From: Octopus vulgaris
Lineage: Eukaryota
Assembly: GCA_951406725.2 (NCBI GenBank)
Contig: OX597826.1
Span: 7,378,001 to 7,442,000, forward strand
Length of the DNA stretch: 64,000 nucleotides
Direction: 5' to 3'
The number at the start of each line of letters is the position of its first letter. Within the stretch, counting starts at the first letter, position 1. A program made the position numbers and the translations under genes. This document shows positions 12,460 through 25,005 of the stretch, in pieces. Below the pieces are notes generated by a model, which was not told the DNA's origin, ran no database searches, and saw only the letters and a program-made list of their open reading frames with translations.

Positions 12460-14005
12460 AGCTCCGGGCTGAATAACAACATGGATGTGCTACACCGAAC
12501 TCTCCATACCAAATCAAATCAAGTCTAATAACATCGGTAGAATGGGATAAAGAAGCCTGTGGAAGATTTGAAGGAAGCAGCCGATTATCGAAAATAATCG
12601 CCAAATAGAATTTTTACAGCCATACAAAGAACAGTTTCTCCCATGCACGATATCTCAGGGAAACTGGTGCCAAAGACAGATGCGAAATCAACATCGGAAA
12701 GTTTACAAATTATAAAATATAAGTGGAACGAAACACTAAGTACGTAAATTAATTAATTACACATACACTCGAATGTATGGTTGTAAAGATCAGCTACTCC
12801 TCAATGAGATGATCTTGGAAGATATCACAAACGACACAGGAACTTGTCGATAGCCAGGAGAGACTTTAAAAAAGCTTTTGATAGTCTATCACATAGACGG
12901 ATTAAGAAATATCTGGAAATGTATAAAATAGAAGCTACTCTGCGAAACTTCTTGTCTGTAAGTATGAGATCATGGAGAACCACACTGACTTTGAACAGTG
13001 ACAATGAATTTCTCAATGCTGGAGATGTAAGAATTTCATATGGCATTTTCCAGGGCGACTCTCTATCACCACTCCTCTTTTGTCTAGCCTTAATACTTCT
13101 CTCGATGATGTACAATATGGCTATAAAATGTTTGATAAAAATACGAATCATCTCTTTTACATGGATTATTAAAGCTCTTTGTAGAAAAGGACTAACGACT
13201 ACAGGGCTTACTAGCAATTAATAAACAGTTCTGTGATGACATCAGGATGCAATTTGGCCTCCACAAAATGTGCAAAAGCTACTTTCATCAAAGGAAAAAT
13301 GACACAAACATCCAACGCTAATCTTGACTAGCAGAATGTCATAAAGGCGTTAGAACCGACGGAGAGCTACAAATCCCTAGGGGTATTTGAAGGTGGTGGA
13401 ATCAAACATTCAATGATGAGAAAAATGATCAGAAGAGAAAGATATCGCATCAAGGCTCAAGACAGAGCTGAATGCAAGAAACAGGATCGAAGCGATTAAT
13501 ACCGGTTGTGACTTACAGTTTCAAAATCATTAACTGGTCAATTACTGAAATAAGTAATGTGGTGAGCTGGTAGAAATGTTAGCACGGCAGGCGAAGTACT
13601 TAGCAGTATTTCTTCTCTGTTTACGTTCTGAATTCAAATTCCACCGAGGTCGACTTTGTCTTCCATCCTTTTGGCGTTGATAAATTAAGTGCCAGTTGTG
13701 TACTGGGTTCGATCTAATCCACTGGTTCAAAGATTTCTGGTCTTATGCCTAGAGTAGAAAGAATTACTGAAATACGTAATCTTGACGAAAAAATACTATT
13801 GTTGACAATGCATAGAATGCACCACCCTAAGGCAGATATAGGACGAATTTATCTGCCAAGAGAAGAGGGTGGCCGTGGACTTTTACAACTAGAATTAACA
13901 ATGAAGGTTGCCACAATTGGCCTCAAAACCTACCCGAAAGACACTGATGACTGGATATTAAAACCTGTCTTAAAGTACGAAAAGAAGAAACCATCATACT
14001 CAGTA
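12460..14005 (+). pseudogene. Degenerate reverse transcriptase region of an RLE-type (R4/Dong-like) LINE, interrupted by a SINE
   Basis: Motifs YGCKDQLLLNEMILED, DFKKAFDSLSH, GIFQGDSLSPLLFCLAL, NHLFYMD, YKSLG and MHHPKADIGRIYLPREEGGRGL, with frameshifts and stops. Confidence 0.92.
13559..13761 (+). mobile_element. SINE family A inserted into the LINE with a 19-bp TSD
   Basis: AATTACTGAAATAAGTAAT (13540-13558) and AATTACTGAAATACGTAAT (13762-13780). Removing the insert restores the LINE reading INWSITEIRNLDEKI. Confidence 0.92.
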
Positions 14006-14025
14006 ACAAATAATAATAAGAATAA

Positions 14026-14076
<51 letters not shown>

Positions 14077-14086
14077 AGATAGGTAG

Positions 14087-14142
<56 letters not shown>

Positions 14143-15311
14143 AAGATAGACAGATAGATGAATTTATGCATGTATTTATGTTTGTATGAATTTATGTCTA
14201 TATGCATGTATTTTATATATAAATAACATTTACATACAGAATGAGAGAGAGAGAGAGAGAGAGAGAGTGTGTGTGTATGTGTGTGTATGTGTGCGTGCGT
14301 GTGTGTGTGTGTGATAGTGGCAGAGGGGGTGCAGAGTGAAAGTGGAGGACCGAAATAAAAGTAAAAGCGTTCGAAATGGAAGTGACCTACTTACTCATAG
14401 ATTGATAAAAGAATTGATTTAATGATTAAATAGCCATCGATTCATTGATTAATTCATTCATTGATAGATAAGTAGAAAAGAAAAGAGATAGATAAAAATA
14501 TTAAATTTATTAATGACAGCAGTGAATGTTGTTTTCTAGTACGGCTTCTTAATCGATCTGTATTTGATTTTGTTGTTTTAATGAAATTGATAAGTAGCTC
14601 AAGCCGAAGCTCCTAGGTTCAACTATATCTTAGAGAGGAGAGAGAGAGAAAGAATTCTTGGAGCACAATCGAAGAGTATCAAAAGACGTGGATATTGTAG
14701 TATGTACCTTGATACGGCTGTAACCTTTACGTAAACGCTTTAGTTATCGACTTAAAAAATGAGTGAAATTTGAATATTTTCTTCAAACTAAAAAAATATT
14801 GTGTTGTGTCTGGGGAGAGTCATTCTCTTTTGGTGCCTTATAATGTAACACACTCACTGGTAAAATTTCCACTTATTTCTTATTTTTATTTTCCTAAACT
14901 TTTCGCTGCGTCTTGCAACAAAATATGCTTCAACACACGAACTCATATAAAGAATCTTGCAAACCAAATCAAAAAACGAAATCAAAAATATTGACAAAGG
15001 TAGAAAGAGAGAACGTAGACACAACCAAGCCAAAGCTTGCACAATGTCTATCAGATATGACTGGAAGTGGCTGATATACGTACATAATGATGATGGTGGT
15101 CTCTTGTAGTCCGAGAAAGACGGTTCCATAGTTTATTGTTGATCAGACTGCAGAAAAGATTTGTTTATAGTGAGCAAACATTTTGGCTATGCATTAGAAC
15201 ACTCTCCTCATTAAACTAACGTTACCTGAAGAAGTGTACCGTGTACCAAACGTCAGGCGAAGTGAGTAAACATTCGGTCAAATTGAACATAATATGATTT
15301 AGATTTTGATT

Positions 15312-15685
15312 TTTTACTTATTTCAATCATGTGACTGCGGCAGTGCTGAGGCACCACTTTGAAGGGTTCAGCAGATCAAATGGAACGCGGGTACTTATTC
15401 TGGTGCTTATTCTATCGGACTACTTCCGCTGAATCCCTGAATTACGAGGACGTAAACAAAAGAAAAAAATAATTGTGAAGCGATAGTGTGGTAGAAAAAC
15501 AAACACACACGTATATTCATATTTATATATATATGAAGGGCTTCTTTCGACTTCGTCCATCTACAAAATCCACACAGCATGCTCTCATTGGCCCGGGGCT
15601 GTAAGAGATACCACAAAGTGAGACCGAACCCAGAGCCTTATGGTTGAGGAGCAAGCTTCTTACCATGCGGTCAAACCTGCGTCAG
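15312..15685 (-). mobile_element. Degenerate SINE family B
   Basis: GACTGCGGCAGTGCTGAGGCACCAC, CTTATTCTATCGG, GGGCTTCTTTCG..CGTCCATCTACAAAATCCAC and AGCAAGCTTCTTACCA match the reverse of family B. Confidence 0.7.
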
Positions 15686-15849
15686 TAAAAAGCTATACAA
15701 ATCAAGTATATATTTACCTCACTGACAAAGAAATTATACCTACAGGTTACGTTACGGCCAGCAGTCGCTAAACTATTTTTTAATTTATCGACAGTTTCCT
15801 AAACGCTTATATTGTTGAACAGATACTTGAGATAGAATCTGTTATCGTA

Positions 15850-16060
15850 AAGGCAGCGGGCTGACAGAACCGTTGGGACGTCGATTTATGTGCGTAAAAG
15901 CATTTCTTTCGGCTCTTTACGTTTTGAGATCATATTCCGCTGAGGTCACTTTTGCTTTTATTTCTTTCAGGTTCGATAAAATAATTACCAATAAAGCGCG
16001 GTAGTCGATGAACTTGATTTGCCTAAAATTGCTGAGTTTGTGTTAATATTGTATTTGAAA
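15850..16060 (+). mobile_element. Degenerate SINE family A
   Basis: GGCAGCGGGCTGACAGAACCGTT...TTACGTTTTGAGATCATATTCCGCTGAGGTC..TTTGCTTTT..TCGATAAAATAATTACCA. Confidence 0.65.
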
Positions 16061-17419
16061 CCATTATTATACAAATGCTCAATTTTTTTTTTAAATGTTT
16101 CTCAGAAAAAATTATTACATTTGAACAACATGGAATTCGGAAACCTTATTACGTACTGTAGCAATCAGCTGCAAACATAATTATGAGAAGTGTAAGAAGC
16201 AATAAAATAAAGCATTTTGATTGAGAAACCGTTGTTATAATCGTAGTAATGAATGCAAAACAACCTTCACAATACCCAGTAGCATAGACCAAATTAATCG
16301 GTCTTGTATCAGAGAATCAACAACGGAAGCATGACATTGATGTATGTTAAGCGGTATTAATTTTAGGCTTTTATTAGTTTCTACATTTGATGCCGCTATA
16401 AATATACGAGAGAATAATGAAAAAAAAGGGGAGTTCATTTTACATCGTTGAATGTGGCGCGAATATATGGATCTCCTGATTATCTAGAGGAGTTCAGATT
16501 CGCTTGAGGTGTTTTTCCTATTGACATCCTGAAGCGGAAATGTGAACTTGAAATCAATAGTCAAACTGACAAAAATCCTTGTTAAATTATACAGGCATTA
16601 GTTCAGGTTGGCGCACGTACACGTATTATCTATTAAAAACAAGATGGCCGTTGCTAGCTGAAGTTTTGGGTCTGCGCCATGACAGGACACGAATCAACGA
16701 CCAGCCGTCTAGTGGACTGACACTCTATTTAATCAGCCTGCTAAGAGGATGTATGGATGAATGGAGCAGTTTTAGAAATGCTTATAACAGTGATATTTGT
16801 AATATTCTGATACGCATTTATAGCTAGGTAAAAATATTGTTGCTTTAAATGAAATATCAAAAAAACTACTTGTAGTTTTTTAATCAACAATTAAGTCAGC
16901 GAAAGGACGTGTGGTATTCACATGTTTATAGAATGTTAAAAAAAACAATAGGTAAAATGATATGTTTGTTGTTAACTCGTGGATTTATTATGTTTTTGAT
17001 AAATATGGAAGTCAACTTTGAAACTGCTTTGCTATCTTGTAGATAATATACAACTAAATATTAAGTTTTGAATTATCAAGGAAGAAAATAAAAGAAGCAT
17101 ATAAATATATCTTTAGAATATTTCGGATTCTAAATTTTCCTACTTACAACAATTGAAACAGCATAATAATTGCCACACACTATGTCAGATGTGATCGGTC
17201 ATTCAAAAATACCCCCAACCTAAGATTAGCATTTCACTCTTAGTATGATACTTGCAAGTCCCCTATAATTCATACCGAATTTTTAGAAATTATCTCCCCT
17301 TTGTTTGCGAAACGTGAACAATAGCCACTACGTTTTCCATTTAATTCTCTAAATGAAACTAATCTTTCATTCATTTAGATATTATGTGCAGTCACTAAGT
17401 ACAGCATTAAACTAAAATA

Positions 17420-17435
17420 TAATATATAATACATA

Positions 17436-17482
<47 letters not shown>

Positions 17483-17724
17483 GTAATATTTTATATCTAA
17501 AAATATATGTGTATATATAAAGACATATATATATATATACAAATATATATATGATATGCATATTAATATACATATATTCTATAAATGCACCTATCTCTAA
17601 GTGTGTGTATGTCCACGCGTTGCATTGTGTTACAGGATATATGTATAGATTTTAGATATATTTTATAGACCATGGTAACGAAACACAGTTAAACCGCAGT
17701 AATGTATACCTATATAAGCACGGT

Positions 17725-17767
<43 letters not shown>

Positions 17768-17781
17768 ATATATATACACAG

Positions 17782-17813
<32 letters not shown>

Positions 17814-17897
17814 ATATATATGTATATAAATATATATATATATGTATATATATATTCTTTCTCATACACACTACACGTATATGTATATGTATGGTTT

Positions 17898-17955
<58 letters not shown>

Positions 17956-18024
17956 ATATATATATGTATGTATGTTTGTATATATATTCTTTCTCATACA
18001 CACTACACGAATATGTGTATGTAT

Positions 18025-18072
<48 letters not shown>

Positions 18073-18783
18073 AATATATATGTATGTATATATATATGTA
18101 TGTATATTCTTTCTCATACACACTACACGTATATGTGTATGTATAGTTATATATATATATATTTGCTTATGCGTGTGTGTATGCTGTGTGTATATATAAA
18201 TTGGATGAGCGAAAAAAATAAACGTATGAGACAATATCTATGTGCTTAAGGCACGTTAGAAGTGTGAGTAGTAAGATCATAAAGAAAAAAAAACAGTAAT
18301 GAAATAAATCAAATAAAAAAAAAATATAAATAAATGACATAAATAAACGGAAAATACAACGACAAAGAGGAAAATACATAGAATATCAAAGAAATACATA
18401 ACCGAGGGATATCTAGTTTATGCCATATTTCTGTACGTATTAGAGATGACGAACAGAAATCAATTTATGGATTAATTCGTAGCATTCACCAATGCATTTT
18501 GCTCTCCACTATAAAACAAGTAATAACCACACCATATGCATAATCAATTGTACTCTAATAATCAGAATGGTGTTTCGCTATATGTGTGTGTGTGTGTCTA
18601 TGAAAGTGAAAGTGTGTGTATGGAAATGTGTATGTCATTGAATGAGTGCATGTGTGTTCGTGTATGTATGTGTGTGGGAGTGTATTTGTGCATGAGTGTC
18701 TGTGTGCGTTTGTATGTGTGTACGTGTGGCTATCGTTTTTTTCTTATCTTTTTTGTGACTATGTACATACACTGCAGCATCAC

Positions 18784-18825
<42 letters not shown>

Positions 18826-18981
18826 GTTCATATATACACGCAAGCATGCATGTATATATATATATGTTACTCTTTCCTATGTCCCCACTCATAACCTTTG
18901 CTTTCTGCTTGCACATACGTGTATGTGTGCGTGTGTGTGTGTATGTGTGTGTGTCAATATCTATTTATTTATATATATACA

Positions 18982-19013
<32 letters not shown>

Positions 19014-19060
19014 CATACATATATATCTATATATATATACATACATATATATCTATCTAT

Positions 19061-19092
<32 letters not shown>

Positions 19093-19230
19093 GTACATAT
19101 ATATCTATATATATATACATACGTATGTATATATATTTATATATATATATGTATATATATATGTATATATATGAACGATGGTATGCACACACACACACAC
19201 ACCACAACACGTACGCACGCACATATATGC
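17420..19230. repeat. Large low-complexity (TA)n/(TG)n field containing a 3-copy minisatellite core
   Basis: TA/TG tracts; TATTCTTTCTCATACACACTACACG occurs three times at about 17852, 17984 and 18104. Confidence 0.9.
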
Positions 19231-19979
19231 GAATGCGTGTATCCGTGTGTATTCGGAAAGAGATAGAGGTCGGAAAGAGTCAAAGAGAGATGGAGAGACG
19301 TGATGGAGAGAACAAAGGGAAGAGAAAGAAAAAAAAAACAAGAGTGCAATAGATATATCATACATATATTTGCAACTTCGTTTCTATATACACAGTATTA
19401 TTCTACATAAATTCATGACAAGCAAATACACACACACAAACACACGCATTCACACACGCACACGCACGCACACATATGCACACAAATATGTATATATGCG
19501 TAGTTGAGAGAAATGCCTGTACGTGTTTGCTTCCGAATGTCTCTATAAAGTTGCCTTCAAGATAACATGCCATTGACTAGGGATATTTGATATCGTTATA
19601 GTATATGGATATTTTATTCGCTTCTATCGCTGTGTGTTCTATTTCGTTTACTTGCTAAGATATATAATGGTTAACTATAGAGATAAGAAACCTTTCGTGC
19701 TACCCGCTCTAATAAATAAAGAGGTGACCTGAGACGAATTCAGTTTCATTCAAACTACCTACGAACACCGCATTGTGGTGGTGTTGGCAGAACCGTTAGA
19801 ACGTCGGACAAACGTCTATTGCGATGTTTGTTCCTGGATTTTCCATTATGAGTTCTTATCTGCTGATCTGAACTCTGTTTTTCTTCACCATTACGAGGTT
19901 GAGAAAATCCATACAATAGTCATGTACAGTGTTTAATTTCATTGACTAATACTATAAAATTTCTTGTCTTGGGTCCATG

Positions 19980-20110
19980 TACGAGCGTGGGCTGAAAGGG
20001 TCATAGGCAGACTATGAAGGAGGTATGCTTGAGCTGTAAAATCTTGCATGAAATAATTTCAACCCTATTTATTAATAACTGCATTGTTTGTTTCTAGGTA
20101 AACTGAAATT
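19980..20110. mobile_element. Possible mariner-type MITE end
   Basis: TACGAGCGTGGGCTGAAAGGGTCATAGGC resembles the TACGAGGG..CTGAAAA termini at 55418 and 56300. No partner TIR found. Confidence 0.4.
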
Positions 20111-20479
20111 CCCTTGTTGAAAGATGATTTTCAAAGTATCTAGTAAGGATTTTTCTTGAAAATGGCCGACATTTGGCATCTTGATGTTATTAAGTACCTC
20201 TAGAAAGAGGGTTTAGCCCCCAATGGCATTCATGCTTACTTTTTCGACCCTGAAAATCAAAGTCGGCCTCGGTCGAATCTGAACTCGGAACGTAAAGACG
20301 GACGAAATGCCGCTCTGCGTTTTGCCTGACCTGCTAACCACCCTGCCAACTCGTGGAATTCTTGCACTAACTAATATTATTTGGTGTGTTTCTGTAACCT
20401 AATAACTAACCTAGTTATCGTATTTGAAGATGACATTGATTAGAAGGTAATCATTACTTGTTATACAGGAGAATTTCTA

Positions 20480-21110
20480 GTCAGTAGATGTTTGTCATTC
20501 ACAGAAGCTTTCCTATGTGAAACAGAAAAGGCTTCATTGTTACCATAAAGTTTGAGGTCATCCATGAATAACAAATGGTTGCCTTTATGTTGGCGGCTCT
20601 TGAATACACACCCAGCTTTTGCTTTCATCAGAATCAGTGTTAGTGGTATCAAGCACAGTACAAAGATCAGCGGGTACAGGCAGTCTGCTGCCCTTAAACT
20701 TCTTCCGTATGCTGTCAGATCCGTCCTCCAAATCGCCATACTTTTTCTGAACAATCGCTCATCATTTGATGCAATACCATATAGGTTCATACACTCTATA
20801 ATCCAAGAATGTGGGATCATATCTTACGCCTTACGGTAATAGATCCATGACATGGCTAAGTTACTTTTCCTCCTATTGCAGTCTCTATGTACAGTTTTGT
20901 CTATCGGGAGTTGATCCTTGGTACCTCTGCACTGAAGCTTGCAAGCCCTCAGCTCATGTGCCAGGACTCCATTTCTTTTCCAGATGTTCGTATATTGACT
21001 CTGCGAGTATTCCAGTCAATAACTTCCACAGAAGTGGCAAAGAGGATATCGGCCTCTAATTGTCTACAGTATTGCCTTTTTCGATGTTTTTCAGGCACAA
21101 CACTGACCTA
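20480..21110 (-). pseudogene. Degenerate reverse transcriptase fragment of a second RLE-type LINE lineage
   Basis: Minus-strand motifs [60 protein letters not shown] and HLLFMDDLKLYG. Confidence 0.9.
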
Positions 21111-21471
21111 CCCAATGTCAACGCCTCTGGTGTTAAAATCCGCATGAAAGTAAAAAGAGCACAGTTGATTTGGTGAGTGACGGATATCAAAAAAGATTAA
21201 AGGTACTTCCTAAGCAATAGGTTCTCAAATCTGGCGTCCTCAGATTCTGTGAGGCCGGTCAGTCGCAGAATTACCAATTTTTTCCCAGCCTGAGTTGACC
21301 GAACATAATGAAATGAAGTATTTTGCTGAAGAACACATCCCATCGCCCGGTTCAGCAATCAAAACTACAATTTCAAGATTATTAGTGCAACACACTAAAT
21401 ACTAAGTCACGCGCCTCCATCACTCAATGATATACGAAAACAATGTTGTTTTCATTATTTCAGCAGGTTAA

Positions 21472-22078
21472 GGCGGCGAGCTGGCAGAAACGATAGCGCG
21501 CCGGGCGAAATGCTTAGCAGTATTACGTCTGCCGCTACGTTCTGAGTTCAAATTCCGCCGAGGTCGACTTTGCCTTTCATTCTTTCGGGGTCGATTAAAT
21601 AAGTACCAGTTACGCACTGGAGTCCATATAATCGACTTAATACGTTTGTATGTCCTTGTCTGTCCTCTCTGTGTTTAGCCCCTTGTGGTTTGTAAAGAAA
21701 TAGGTATTTCGCCTGCCGCTACGTTCTGAGATCAAATTCCGCCGAGGTTGACTTTACCTTTCATCATTACGGGGTCGATAGATTACGCACTCTGGCCGAT
21801 GTCATCGACTTAATCCATTTGTCTGTCTTTTTTTGTCCTCTTTATATTTAGCTCCTAGTGGGCAATAAATGAATAAGAATTGTGAGCACGTGAGACGAAG
21901 TGCTTCTCGACATTTTTCCCGGCGCTACGTTCCGAGTTCCAATTCCCCCGATGTTTACTTCGCCTTTCATCTTTTCGGGGTCGATAAATTAAGTACCAGT
22001 TATATACTGGAGTCGATCTAATTGACTGGCGCCCTCCCCAAACATTTCGGGCCTTGTGCTTAGAGTGGACAAGAATAT
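21472..22078 (+). mobile_element. SINE family A multimer (head unit plus head-less repeats)
   Basis: Full head at 21472, restart at AAAGAAATAGGTATTTCG (about 21693-21710), and a third unit ending in the alternative tail CCCTCCCCAAACATTTCGGGCCTTGTGCTTAGAG. Confidence 0.88.
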
Positions 22079-22764
22079 TTTCTTTGGAGACCATAAAAAT
22101 AATCATTAATTAAATATACAAGAGAGATGCACGTATGACTAACATAAGTAGTTAGAATTCATATATTTCAAACACGCCAAATTTAATTAAAAAAAAATTT
22201 TGTACGTTAATGTTAGAGTGTTTAATACACAGAGTCTTAGAAATTTAACAATAAATGTATTCAAACTTTTTCTCAAACACATCTAACAGCATGAGAGAAA
22301 ATTAAAAATCATGTATTTTTAAATAGTCATTTCGACTGATAATATTTTAGCATTTAAGAAATTGTATTATTTTTATTTAAACTTCATTTTAAATAGTTAT
22401 TCATTTATTAAAAATCTGTGAGAATAAGTAAATCTCTTATTATGTTGCCAGAAGGTTTTTCTTTTGTTCTTTTATTATTTTTCTCTTTCTTCTCTTTTTT
22501 TTTTGATTTTGTTTTGTTACCGAAGCAACAACATGAAAAATAGAATGTCTGGCAATTGTATTGAAGCATTACAACATAATTAACTGGAATTTGTATCGAT
22601 GTATCTGTCAAATAAATGAGAATACATAATTGAAGCCATTTAGCATTAATAAATTATGTCCCATACCATTTTTAAGAGTCCTACTTTATAATTACTTATA
22701 AAGATTTATCTATAAACTATACTTGTGTTTATTTTCAAACTTTCGTGTCCAACACTGCCAGCTT

Positions 22765-22959
22765 AAGAAGCTCGCTTTGCAACCAAATGACTTCGGGTTC
22801 AGTTTCGCAGCGCGGCACTTTGAGCAGGCACTATACCTCTGGGACGATCGGTGCTGTGTGTGTAAATCTGGTAGCCGGAAGCTCGTCGTATACACACACA
22901 CATACATAAATATACCTCCCATATATTTATCTATCTATCTATCTATCTATCTATTTATC

Positions 22960-22990
<31 letters not shown>

Positions 22991-23013
22991 TTATCTATCT
23001 ATCTCTCTCTCTA

Positions 23014-23070
<57 letters not shown>

Positions 23071-23233
23071 ATGTGTGAGTGTGTGCGCGTATGTGTGTGT
23101 AAACAGGTTCATATATGTATGCATCTTTGTATACGTAGGTATATGTATGTTTGTTTATGTTCTTGTATATGTGTTTGTCCCACTACAGCTAGACAGCCGG
23201 TGTTGGGTTTACGTCCTCGAAACATAGCGGTTC
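22765..23233 (+). mobile_element. Degenerate SINE family B with an expanded internal microsatellite, cut by a family C insertion
   Basis: AAGAAGCTCGCTTTGCAACCA..CGGGTTCAGT..GCGGCACTTTGAGCAGG, then after the microsatellite GACAGCCGGTGTTGGGTTTACGTC..TAGCGGTTC. Confidence 0.65.
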
Positions 23234-23477
23234 GTGGAGGCGCGTGGCTTAGTGGTTAGGGTGTCAGCATCCTGATCGTCAGATTGTGGTTTCGATTTCT
23301 TGACCTGGCGACGCGTTGTGGTCTTGAGCAAAACATTTCATTTCACGTTGCTCCAGTCCATTCAGCTGGGAAAAAATTAGTAGCGCTGCGATGGACTGGC
23401 GTCCCGTCGAGGTGGACAACACATACACCATTGAAACCGGGAAACCGGGCCCATGAGCCTGGCTAGGCTTGAAAAGT
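23234..23477 (+). mobile_element. SINE family C (head H2 + tail T1)
   Basis: GTGGAGGCGCGTGGCTTAGTGGTTAGGGTG...CTTGAGCAAAACATTTCATTTCACGTTGCTCCAGTCC...CTGCGATGGACTGGCGTCCCGTC...GAAACCGGGAAACCGGGCCC. Confidence 0.85.
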
Positions 23478-23606
23478 TCAACTCTTCTTTTTAGCCTACT
23501 TGTTCACTTTGTACAGAAATAACAGTAGATAGCATCATTCCAATCCATATAATACATCTGATGCTGCGATGTAGAATACTTAGCAGATAATATATTTCTT
23601 TCCGCC

Positions 23607-23822
23607 AGGCGGCGAGCTGGCAGATACGTCAGCACGCTGGGCAAAATTTGTAGCGATGTTTCGTCTATCTTTACGTTCTGAGTTCACATTCTGCCGATGT
23701 CGTCTTCGCCTTTCATCCTTTCGGTTTCGATAAATTAAGTACCAGTAGCGTACTGCTGTCGATGTAATCGACTGGCTCCCATCCCCAACATTTCGGGCCT
23801 TGTGCCTAGAGTATAAAAAAAA
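23607..23822 (+). mobile_element. SINE family A, single unit
   Basis: GGCGGCGAGCTGGCAGATACG...CATTTCGGGCCTTGTGCCTAGAG. Confidence 0.85.
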
Positions 23823-23914
23823 TATACTTCTTTCCGCAGATATATCTACATATGTAGTGGACCTAATCACTGCATTTTGCCATATGCAAAACATTAGTAA
23901 TTACTTGAAGCCTT

Positions 23915-24131
23915 GACTTTTACTTGCTTAAGTCATTGGAGTGCGGCCATGCTGGGGCACAACTTTGATTGTTTTATTCGAAGAAATCGACTCCAGTACT
24001 TATACTTTTTGAAGCCTGGTATTTACTTCATCGTTGTCCTAAGATTTATACCGCTAAATTACGGGGACGTAATCAAACCGACACCGGTTGTCAAGTGGTG
24101 GACGGGATATAAACACACACATGCATGTATA

Positions 24132-24164
<33 letters not shown>

Positions 24165-24868
24165 TAGGCCCATGGTTATAGTAGAAGATACTTGCCTAAG
24201 GTGTCATATAGGGGACTGAACTCTGAACCATGTGGAAACAAAGCAAGTTTCTTATCCCGCAGACATGCATGCGCCTGTATAAGAATGGGTGAAAATGATG
24301 AAATAATTCCTTCTAGCAAGGCCAGCAATTTTGCCTTTTCTTTTTATCAACCATTGAAAGAATGAAATGTAACATTGGCCTCGATTGCATTTGAATGTAC
24401 TTAGAGACAAAAGAATTTCTATTAAACATTTCGCCCGGCGTGCTAAAGATTCTCCCTGGTCGCCGCCTTCAGAAATAAGTAAATAATAAAATGTCACAAA
24501 TATAGGCGCAGGCGTGGAGCGTGGTAAGAAGCTTGCTTCCCTATCACACGTGTTCGGGTTCGGTGCCATTGCGTGGCACCTTGGGCAAGTGTTCTTTACT
24601 ATAGTCTCCGGCCGGTCAAAGCTTTATGAGGGGATTCCGTAGACGGAAACTGAAAGAACCCCGTCGTGTATATGTATGTATGTGTCTATCTAGGTGTACG
24701 TTTGTGTTTGTGTCTGTGTTTGTTTTCCACCGCTGGTTCACAAATGTTGCTCTGTGTGTTTCCAAGAGACTGACAGAATAATTACCAGGCCTTAAAAATT
24801 CTTCTGGCGGGGATTTGCTCCACTAAATCCCTTCAATGTGGTGCTCCAGCATGGCCGCAGTCAAATAG
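23915..24868. mobile_element. Two divergent SINE family B copies (minus about 23915-24278, plus about 24505-24868) flanking a SINE A remnant
   Basis: GCGGCCATGCTGGGGCAC...GAAGATACTTGCCTAAGGTG on the left; GGCGCAGGCGTGG..GTGGTAAGAAGCTTGCTTCC...GCTCCAGCATGGCCGCAGTCAAAT on the right. Confidence 0.8.
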
Positions 24869-24964
24869 ATATAAAAAAAATAAAATATAGATTTCACTGT
24901 CGCTCCTTGATTTACTGCATTTTCTAACTCAGAGATAGAGAGGGGGCAGATTGAGGGAGGGTGA

Positions 24965-25005
<41 letters not shown>

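Noticed and set aside
14770-14920. Reverse-strand GTTGC-AAGAC-GCAGC-GAAAA hairpin as another hammerhead
   Set aside because: The 5' core and stem I are absent in this copy, so a ribozyme cannot be supported.
17852-18145. Repeat-spacer-repeat pattern suggestive of a CRISPR array
   Set aside because: Spacers are microsatellite tracts of about 100 bp, the context is eukaryotic and there are no cas genes.
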